This document shows positions 8,658-15,542 of a stretch of 64,000 nucleotides of DNA, piece by piece. The notes under the pieces were generated by a model that searched no databases, was not told where the DNA came from, and saw nothing but the letters and a program-made list of their open reading frames with translations. This DNA comes from a virus, in IMG/VR virus record IMGVR_UViG_3300025096_000006, positions 32,001 to 96,000 of that record, one strand, 5' to 3'. The position numbers and the translations under genes are program-made. Position 1 is the stretch's first letter. Every line of letters begins with the position of its first letter.

Positions 8658-9202
8658 TGTTGCTCCATTGCAAATTCTTCTTCGGCCTGTGCGAGAAGTC
8701 TATTTTGTCTTTCGTTGTTAGGAGATGCTGTCACTCTCACGCCGGGCATGCCTCTCATAATGCCTTTTACCATATCGATATATTCTCTATCAGGGTCTCT
8801 CTCGGCTTGTCGCTTCTCCCAAGCTTCTCTATCAACATCGCTCATTCCGCCTCCATAACTTTTCTTAGGCTTTTTTCGATACGGAGATGCAATCTCGGGT
8901 TCGCCTTGCGAATCAAAAACAGCGCCATAATCGTGACGACCATAGGACTCTTCAAGCTCTTCTTCAGAAGCAGGTGCACGCTTGAAAAGAGTAGCCAACT
9001 GATTAATCAGAGCAACTCCTGCGGTTCCAATGGTTGCCGCGAGCACTTCGGGCTGTCGAATAAAATGTTGTGCTGCATCGGCCACTAGCTGGAGATTTTC
9101 TGGCGTAACATTTTCAAGCCCTTCGTCCAACTCTCGTGACTCCATGGTCAATTCAAGCTCTTCTTTGATAATCTGTTTAAGTTGGGATTTTGTGATTTTC
9201 AT
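8654..9202 (-). CDS. KEE-tagged protein (182 aa)
   Basis: Start reassigned to ATG 9202 (ATGA overlap); MKITKSQLKQIIKEELE...ELDEG. Confidence 0.75.
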   Translation of the reverse strand: MKITKSQLKQIIKEELELTMESRELDEGLENVTPENLQLVADAAQHFIRQPEVLAATIGTAGVALINQLATLFKRAPASEEELEESYGRHDYGAVFDSQGEPEIASPYRKKPKKSYGGGMSDVDREAWEKRQAERDPDREYIDMVKGIMRGMPGVRVTASPNNERQNRLLAQAEEEFAMEQQ

Positions 9203-9441
9203 TTCTTCTTTTCGCAATAGCCTTTCAAACCTCTAGAGAGATCATAGCTTTTGGATTTGGAGCCTTTAGACTCTTTCGCGTATCTCCATTTTCCACCTTC
9301 GCTTTCGCATTTCTCTATCTTGCCTGGGTCATCTTGACCCGAGGCGCCACCAGCGGGCTGATCGTGTGGATCTGTTGCTTCCAGCACCGCTGCTAGTTCT
9401 TCCTTGATGATCTGTTTAAGGTGTGATTTTGTGACTTTCAT
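9199..9441 (-). CDS. KEE-tagged small protein (80 aa)
   Basis: MKVTKSHLKQIIKEELAAVLEA; TAATG overlap with the SbcCD fusion gene. Confidence 0.75.
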   Translation of the reverse strand: MKVTKSHLKQIIKEELAAVLEATDPHDQPAGGASGQDDPGKIEKCESEGGKWRYAKESKGSKSKSYDLSRGLKGYCEKKK

Positions 9442-12400
9442 TATTGGTTAACCCTTGCGTATCCGCGTTTTTTGTCTATAACAATTTGCATATCAACGCA
9501 GTCTTTGAGCGAATCAAGGTGAGAGATAAGCAAAACGTTCTTAAAATACACTTTAATTAGTTCCAAGATTCGAATAAAACCCTCCATATTTTCTTCGTCT
9601 AGTGCTGTTCCTGGCTCATCAAGAATGAATAAGTCACTCTTGGGTAACGAAGACACAGACAGAAGTGCCAACCTGATAGCCATCGCTGCCATTGTTTTTT
9701 CGGCGCCTGACGCCATTTCAATCGGGCGCTCATCATATTGCGGGTGCTTGATAAAAATGTCAAACTTGTTGCCAGAGCTTTCAAAGAAAATCTCAAACTC
9801 TACAATGTTAGCGAGCACCTTAGCAATCTCTTGATTGATTACTGGAATTTTCTTCTTGATAACATCGTAAGCGATTCCGTTAGGGTGCATGCACCGCATA
9901 AACAAGTCGTATGCCGCAAATGATGATCTAAGATCGTGGTATTCTTGCTTTTGCTCTCGCAGTGTTTCTACACGTTGTTCGTAGGATCCCACAAGTTTAA
10001 CAAGGTCGAGTGTCTCTTCTTCGCAAGATGTAATCTTCTTGTTCTTGCTCTTGATGCTTTTCTCCAGATCGCGCTGCTCTCCTAAGAGCTTCTCAAGGTT
10101 TTCGATAGCTTCCTTGTTGTCTTCATACTCGGTAATTTTTAATGAGATATCCTTAAGGGCTAGCTCGATTTTTGACCTCACGGTCTTATTGCGCTCGCGT
10201 TCTAAATCAAGCTGTGTTATTTCTGCTTCAAGCTTGGCAACCATGCCTGTTATACGCGTGTGTTCCATAAGCTGTGTAAACACATCCGATGGATTTAATG
10301 CTGCTAAATCAACCACCGTGTTCTGTAATTCATACTGAACCAGTTCTTTGCTGGCTACAGCTAAATTAGCCTCTCTAACAAACTTATTGTCAGAGCAAAA
10401 TTTGCAATCCGGATCGTATTCGTGATCATGAAGTAATGCTTCTTTTTTTGCAATTTCATTCAGCTCTTCATTAAGTTTCTTTTCTTTTTCGTTAAGCAGT
10501 TCGATCTCGCGTTGAAGCTTCATAAGTTTAGTGATATTTACGTGTTCAAGCTTGCCTCTACAATTTTTAAGCACACGCTTCTTTCTTTCAATTTCTTTTG
10601 ATTGCTCTTTGATCTGTTCCATAAGCGTTGCGGCTTTTTTAGTTTTGCCTTTCTGCTCTTCGCGAAGCTTGGCAATATCAATAAGTTCATTAGGAATTGC
10701 TGAGATTTGCGCATCTAGGGCACCGAGGGTATCCTGGAGCATAGTCAACTCTTCTCTAAGTTCAGCGCAGAAATACTTATTAGTCTTTACACTGTCTCGA
10801 TGATCTTCAAGTGTTTCTGTCGCAGCTTCGATCTCCTCGTTATAGTCTCTGTCTTCGTGTTTCTTTAGCATCACCTTCGCTTCAACAGAATCATCCTTTG
10901 CCATTCGAAACTTCTTCTCAAATACTTCAAGGTCCAAGAACTTAGCGATAATCTCCTTGCGCCTAGTTGAACCTTCATCAATAAACGCCAGGGCGCCGTG
11001 TTGTGAAGCCAGCGAAGAAACCATAAAATCGTCAATCGTTCCAAAGTGCTTGCGAATGTTTGCGTCTGTTTCGTTACGAGTTGTGCCATTCAGAGAAATT
11101 ATCTCATCAGTGATGTGATCGCGCTTCTCAAAATTTAAATCAGTCTTGGCTTCAAGTGTTTCAACACCCTTCAATCGCTTTGTATATTTTGTAGATTCTC
11201 GGCTAATTGTATACGTGGCATTGTTGGCTTCAATCGTAAGTCTTCCTCTTCCACTATCTCTATTCTGGTTAATGACATTGAGGTTCTTTCGTTCATTTTT
11301 TGAAGTTGTATTAAAAAGAGTATACAAAGCAGCATCGATAATAGAACTTTTGCCGCTGAAATTCTTTCCGAAAATGCCAACAATACCATTAAGCCTATCA
11401 AAATTGACAGCATTCTTTTCCCCATAATTAAAAAGATTATCGAACTCAAATGACTTTAGTCTCCAATTTACATTGCGCGCTATCTCTTCTTTCTCTTCGA
11501 TAATTTTGTTGTAAGTGCGATTAAGTTCATAAACTTTTTCCATAGTATCAGAAGGCGCCTGGAAGTCTTTAAGATACTCTGAAATGAGTTCCTCTTGGAT
11601 CTTTGGATCTCGCAAGTTCTCTGACTGCAGTCCGTTGGTAATATCCTCTACATTTCCGCGTTGACCGCTGGCACGATTCAGAAACGAAATGCTTTCTGGC
11701 TTGAAGCGGTGTTTGGCAATATCCATCGCTCTGCGCATTACATCGAGCGGTAAGTTGTTGTTACTCACAAGGCGAAGTCTTGCGCCAGTTGGCACGTCAA
11801 TCTTGCGAGGCATGCGCCCCTTTAACGTAAGCGGGATTGTGAAGAACGGCTTTGGATTCTTGAGCACAATCGGCTCAATATCCCAATCATCCTTTGATTT
11901 GATGTCCCATATAAGAATGCCCTTGTCGTTAGTCTCGCCGTGATTCTGCTGAACAGTTGAGCCTGCGTACCATACGCGACCCTCTTCGTCCAAGAACTGA
12001 CGCCTGTGAATATCACCAAGCATTGAGAAGTCGTGGTCATCAAAGATTGTGATCGTGTCTTCGCCGTTAACCATTGTCCAGCCAACATCAGTTTTGCAGT
12101 TGCTGATTGAGCCATGGTAAAGTGCGATGTTGATCTTGTCGGGATTGGTTGGCTTAATCCATTGCTCACGATCAAACACAGAAAGCACGTTCAAACAAAA
12201 CTTGTCATCCAAATGTGTTTCACCGGAGTCTTTTAGCAGATGCAGAGCTGGCAAGTTTAGCGCATCTACAATCGGCGTAAGCGCATCTTGGCGGCTGCTG
12301 TTTTTTAGATTGCCGTCATGGTTGCCCAAGATAATATATGTGGGCGCAATCGTCGCTAAGTTACGGAAGAAGTCAGAACACATCTCCACAAACTCTGGTG

Positions 12401-12557
12401 AGATTTGTGTTTTGGTGTGCGCGATGTCGCCGCAGTGAACAATGTAGTCGACTTCTTGTTCTCGTAATGTTTCGTATAATTGCTCAAAAACAATTCTATA
12501 CTCGTAATGATACTTCAAATTTTTGATATGAGTATCGCTTATGTGTGCAAACTTCAA
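9441..12557 (-). CDS. Fused Mre11/SbcD nuclease and Rad50/SbcC ATPase (T4 gp47+gp46 equivalent)
   Basis: Phosphoesterase motifs SDTH, GD, GNHD, YHG, GDIH; Walker A GKNFSGKS; coiled coil with CKFC Zn hook; ASGAE signature, FILDEP Walker B, ISH loop; TTG start after GGAGGG. Confidence 0.95.
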   Translation of the reverse strand: MKFAHISDTHIKNLKYHYEYRIVFEQLYETLREQEVDYIVHCGDIAHTKTQISPEFVEMCSDFFRNLATIAPTYIILGNHDGNLKNSSRQDALTPIVDALNLPALHLLKDSGETHLDDKFCLNVLSVFDREQWIKPTNPDKINIALYHGSISNCKTDVGWTMVNGEDTITIFDDHDFSMLGDIHRRQFLDEEGRVWYAGSTVQQNHGETNDKGILIWDIKSKDDWDIEPIVLKNPKPFFTIPLTLKGRMPRKIDVPTGARLRLVSNNNLPLDVMRRAMDIAKHRFKPESISFLNRASGQRGNVEDITNGLQSENLRDPKIQEELISEYLKDFQAPSDTMEKVYELNRTYNKIIEEKEEIARNVNWRLKSFEFDNLFNYGEKNAVNFDRLNGIVGIFGKNFSGKSSIIDAALYTLFNTTSKNERKNLNVINQNRDSGRGRLTIEANNATYTISRESTKYTKRLKGVETLEAKTDLNFEKRDHITDEIISLNGTTRNETDANIRKHFGTIDDFMVSSLASQHGALAFIDEGSTRRKEIIAKFLDLEVFEKKFRMAKDDSVEAKVMLKKHEDRDYNEEIEAATETLEDHRDSVKTNKYFCAELREELTMLQDTLGALDAQISAIPNELIDIAKLREEQKGKTKKAATLMEQIKEQSKEIERKKRVLKNCRGKLEHVNITKLMKLQREIELLNEKEKKLNEELNEIAKKEALLHDHEYDPDCKFCSDNKFVREANLAVASKELVQYELQNTVVDLAALNPSDVFTQLMEHTRITGMVAKLEAEITQLDLERERNKTVRSKIELALKDISLKITEYEDNKEAIENLEKLLGEQRDLEKSIKSKNKKITSCEEETLDLVKLVGSYEQRVETLREQKQEYHDLRSSFAAYDLFMRCMHPNGIAYDVIKKKIPVINQEIAKVLANIVEFEIFFESSGNKFDIFIKHPQYDERPIEMASGAEKTMAAMAIRLALLSVSSLPKSDLFILDEPGTALDEENMEGFIRILELIKVYFKNVLLISHLDSLKDCVDMQIVIDKKRGYARVNQ

Positions 12558-12590
12558 GTTCCCTCCAGACGTAGTTATGCCGTTAGTATT

Positions 12591-12619
12591 ATAATACCCT
12601 ATGCGGGATCTGTTGTCAA
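12591..12619 (-). promoter_or_regulatory. Sigma70-type promoter upstream of the Mre11-Rad50 gene
   Basis: Minus strand TTGACA-N17-TATTAT (-35 at 12619-12614, -10 at 12596-12591) in an intergenic gap. Confidence 0.75.
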
Positions 12620-12626
12620 GACTTTT

Positions 12627-12767
12627 TTATAGAAAGAGTGCCCCGATCGCTCCATAAAGCATCATTCCCATAACAAACGCGCCCATTCCAAGAATCCCCA
12701 ATATCTTTAAAAGCTCTAAATCGCTTATGCCTTTCTTAAAAAGATATCGTGAGAGTTTTCTTAACAT
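12627..12767 (-). CDS. Small single-TM membrane protein (46 aa, below the ORF-track cutoff)
   Basis: Manual translation MLRKLSRYLFKKGISDLELLKILGILGMGAFVMGMMLYGAIGALFL*; fills the gap directly after the upstream stop. Confidence 0.6.
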   Translation of the reverse strand: MLRKLSRYLFKKGISDLELLKILGILGMGAFVMGMMLYGAIGALFL

Positions 12768-12769
12768 TA

Positions 12770-13285
12770 TTATCTTCTTGACATACTCTTGCTATAGCCG
12801 CTACGGGCTGGTGCGCCTTCATATCCGCCGGCGCGTTGACCAGATGGGGCAAGATTCCCTATTGCGTCAATCACCAGGGCGACTTTCTTGTCTATCCATT
12901 TGGGAGCGGTGACCATTAGATTTCCAATAGTTTGAGTAATTGTGTTGGTGACTCCTTCAGCTTCGAGTGCATCACCTTTACTATCCCAGTAATCCTCAAT
13001 ATCTCCCATATTCATAGCTTGTTTCAGAGCATGTCCCATATTAGAATCCAGAAGCTCCGCAAAATCCGTTCCTTCTAAAGATGATGGTGTATAATTACCG
13101 TCTCTTATATCTGCCATATAGTGCTGAAGAAATTTCATACCATCTCCACCCATCTCAAAATTGGTCCGATCGTCTCCTCTTGGTTTTCCCACCATGGTGC
13201 GCATCGTATCCATAAAACCTTCGTCTAGGCTTTTTTCAATCTCTTCTTTGATGATCTGCTTAAGTTGTTTCTTTGTGATTTTCAC
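12770..13285 (-). CDS. KEE-tagged protein (171 aa)
   Basis: Start reassigned to GTG 13285 with AAGGA RBS; (M)KITKKQLKQIIKEEIEKSLDEG. Confidence 0.75.
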   Translation of the reverse strand: MKITKKQLKQIIKEEIEKSLDEGFMDTMRTMVGKPRGDDRTNFEMGGDGMKFLQHYMADIRDGNYTPSSLEGTDFAELLDSNMGHALKQAMNMGDIEDYWDSKGDALEAEGVTNTITQTIGNLMVTAPKWIDKKVALVIDAIGNLAPSGQRAGGYEGAPARSGYSKSMSRR

Positions 13286-13298
13286 TTCATTATTCCTT

Positions 13299-13325
13299 AT
13301 GTCGCTAATCCATTCATACTTAGTA
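13299..13325. repeat. 27-bp exact direct repeat, copy 2 (orphan copy of the tubulin 3' end)
   Basis: Identical to 7520-7546; occupies the spacer between two KEE-tagged genes. Confidence 0.9.
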
Positions 13326-13601
13326 CTCTTCTTCTTCTCGATACAGAAGGGGTCCCTGCGGACTAAGCATCGTATCCCAGAATTGAGCCACATCACCGCG
13401 GTCTCCCTTGGTGTTAATAGCGTCCACTATCATGTCATAAGCTTCTTTGCCTGAGAGCGCACCGGGGCCCATTGAATTCATGATCTCGCTGACTTCCTGC
13501 GCCATTTCCATAGCATCGCCACGTTCGCGGATGCTTTCAATGCTGTAGGCATCATACTCTTCCTTGATAATCTGTTTAAGTTGTGATTTTGTGATTTTCA
13601 T
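13320..13601 (-). CDS. KEE-tagged small protein (93 aa)
   Basis: MKITKSQLKQIIKEE; AGGAG RBS. Confidence 0.8.
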   Translation of the reverse strand: MKITKSQLKQIIKEEYDAYSIESIRERGDAMEMAQEVSEIMNSMGPGALSGKEAYDMIVDAINTKGDRGDVAQFWDTMLSPQGPLLYREEEEY

Positions 13602-13620
13602 TCAGTTACTCCTGGGTCGA

Positions 13621-14031
13621 TTACCTGCGCTGAGTTTGTCGCACTTGTTTAACTGTGCCGCGTTCATCTTTAGGAACTCTCGGATTAACGAGCGCCACGA
13701 GGACTTTTCCCAAGGCGCGCATGTCTACTCCCATCGAAGTATCCATACCGGCTTTTTTTAAAATCTCGGATGTAACCTGCACGAAGGTGCCACCTTCCAG
13801 TTGAGCATTTTGACCAGATGCGTGCTGTAGAAAAACTTGAAATGGCTTTTGTGCTATGATTAGCTTCTGTACATTTTTAGGAACCATGAGGTTCGCCCGC
13901 TCCCCGTCAATAAACCAGACATTATTGGTAAATTTGGTGTATGCGTCCGCTCGGACCTCATCTAATCTTTCCTGTTTCTCGTCCATAAAATAACGAGGAT
14001 CAATAAATTTTGTGTTTTTTCTTCTAGCCAT
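13621..14031 (-). CDS. Hypothetical protein with basic leader and LDE site
   Basis: GGAGA RBS; MARRKNTKFIDPRYFMDEKQERLDE. Confidence 0.7.
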   Translation of the reverse strand: MARRKNTKFIDPRYFMDEKQERLDEVRADAYTKFTNNVWFIDGERANLMVPKNVQKLIIAQKPFQVFLQHASGQNAQLEGGTFVQVTSEILKKAGMDTSMGVDMRALGKVLVALVNPRVPKDERGTVKQVRQTQRR

Positions 14032-14041
14032 GGTGTTCTCC

Positions 14042-14980
14042 TTAGATAGCCGATAGCAAATCTAACAATAAATAGTTGTCTCTGTCGATAAAGGTTGCTT
14101 TTTGCTTTCTTTCCTCAAACACATCTTTTGGCATAGAGCCTACGTCTTCATAACCGCTTACATCTATCTTGTATAATTCCACATCATACTTTAACAAAGT
14201 CTTGATTATTTTCCGTTCTTTTTCTGCTGCATCAGGATCCAAGGCGACATAGACTGGCGTGTCGTTGAAAACAATTTTTTTGATGAGCGAAGAATCAGTG
14301 CGTAACGTCGAACCCAATATTGGGACAGAATTTCCTGCGTTGATTGCATCGAATACCCCCTCTACAAGAATCAGGTCTTCGTTCCAATTAACATACAATT
14401 CGTTAAACACGATGTTTTTGGAGGCACGTGGATTCTTGTATTTGTAAGTATCACCATTGTAACTTCTTGCCACAAAATAACTAACATTTCCGTCATCATT
14501 GAAAGAAGGCACAACAATTCTGTTACGGTATTCTCCGCTAAAGCAGTATCCTATCTTCCATTTTAGAATCTCAGAATTAGTAATTCCGCGTGATTTCAAA
14601 TAGTTGCGAGCATATATACCGGTCTTCGGTATGTTGTCGTGGCAGAGACTTACGAATTCTTCCGGTAAATCAACTGTCTGTTCGTCTCTCTCCACGCTTC
14701 TCTCAGCAAAGAGATCATCAAATCTTTCCAGATCTTCCCTACCGAATATCGCGTCCCATTTCTGTAATTGAGTATAGGAACCAAAAGACCTAATAACACG
14801 CCTAACAGAGCGGCCCCGATAATCACAAATCCAACACTTAAATACATTTTTATCAATGTTAACAGAAAGCTTAGATTTGTGGTGATTGCACTTCGGGCAT
14901 TTGAAAAGAATTTCCGAACCATGATCATAGCCGCGCCCAAGCGCTTCATTCAGTATCTTCTTCGCTGCTACTTTGTTCAA
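14042..14980 (-). CDS. DNA primase (Zn finger + TOPRIM; DnaG/T4 gp61-like)
   Basis: CPKCNHH...CWIC zinc-binding domain, RIVVP, YKNP, LVEGVFDA and LDPDA TOPRIM motifs. Confidence 0.9.
   Translation of the reverse strand: MNKVAAKKILNEALGRGYDHGSEILFKCPKCNHHKSKLSVNIDKNVFKCWICDYRGRSVRRVIRSFGSYTQLQKWDAIFGREDLERFDDLFAERSVERDEQTVDLPEEFVSLCHDNIPKTGIYARNYLKSRGITNSEILKWKIGYCFSGEYRNRIVVPSFNDDGNVSYFVARSYNGDTYKYKNPRASKNIVFNELYVNWNEDLILVEGVFDAINAGNSVPILGSTLRTDSSLIKKIVFNDTPVYVALDPDAAEKERKIIKTLLKYDVELYKIDVSGYEDVGSMPKDVFEERKQKATFIDRDNYLLLDLLSAI
14069..14076 (-). promoter_or_regulatory. Candidate late promoter ACTATTTA
   Basis: In the last codons of the primase, 37 nt upstream of the 14031 ATG that heads a tagged-gene cluster. 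Confidence 0.4.
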
Positions 14981-15530
14981 TCGCCCACCCGGCTTTTGCT
15001 ACCACAATTGCGTCAGCGCGGTCATACGATTCAGGTTTCGGATTTCCATGCTTTGTATATTCTATCTTGAAAGCAGGTTCGTTGTCAAGTAAATATTGTA
15101 AAACAACCTGTTTTGCTTTTTGCCCTCTCGGAACTTTAATGCCGGCGTGCTTGCGTGCGGATGTGGCGGCGATATATTTCGGCTCCATCTCAAACATCTC
15201 ATAGATTAGCCACGAAACAATACCGTTAAAGCGAGTAAGAGTTGAAAGTGTTTTGGCTGACGATTTACCGCCCATAAACATATGAAGAGATTGTTCAATA
15301 TAAATATGGTTTATCTTGTTTTCTCTATCTTGATCTACTTCCATCCAGTGATCTTCTCTATCAAACTGATAGTTATCAAAGATTTTAAAAATTGCTTCTT
15401 TTATTCTTTCTGCTTTTTCAAATAAGTTTTTGTACTTGCGAAGATCTACTGAGTCGTAAAATACGATTTCGTCTTCGGCCACAACAGCAAAACCAGTTAT
15501 ACTGGTTGAAATATCTATTCCAAGAATCAT
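14946..15530 (-). CDS. RuvC-like Holliday junction resolvase
   Basis: MILGIDIS..TG, IYIEQ and DRADAI give the RNase H-fold D/E/D/D catalytic pattern. Confidence 0.85.
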   Translation of the reverse strand: MILGIDISTSITGFAVVAEDEIVFYDSVDLRKYKNLFEKAERIKEAIFKIFDNYQFDREDHWMEVDQDRENKINHIYIEQSLHMFMGGKSSAKTLSTLTRFNGIVSWLIYEMFEMEPKYIAATSARKHAGIKVPRGQKAKQVVLQYLLDNEPAFKIEYTKHGNPKPESYDRADAIVVAKAGWAIEQSSSEEDTE

Positions 15531-15542
15531 ATTGTTATTATA

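Noticed and set aside
1677-14980. Inteins, introns or homing endonucleases in terminase, Mre11-Rad50 or primase
   Set aside because: Lengths are normal and no intein splice motifs or LAGLIDADG/HNH/GIY-YIG signatures were seen.
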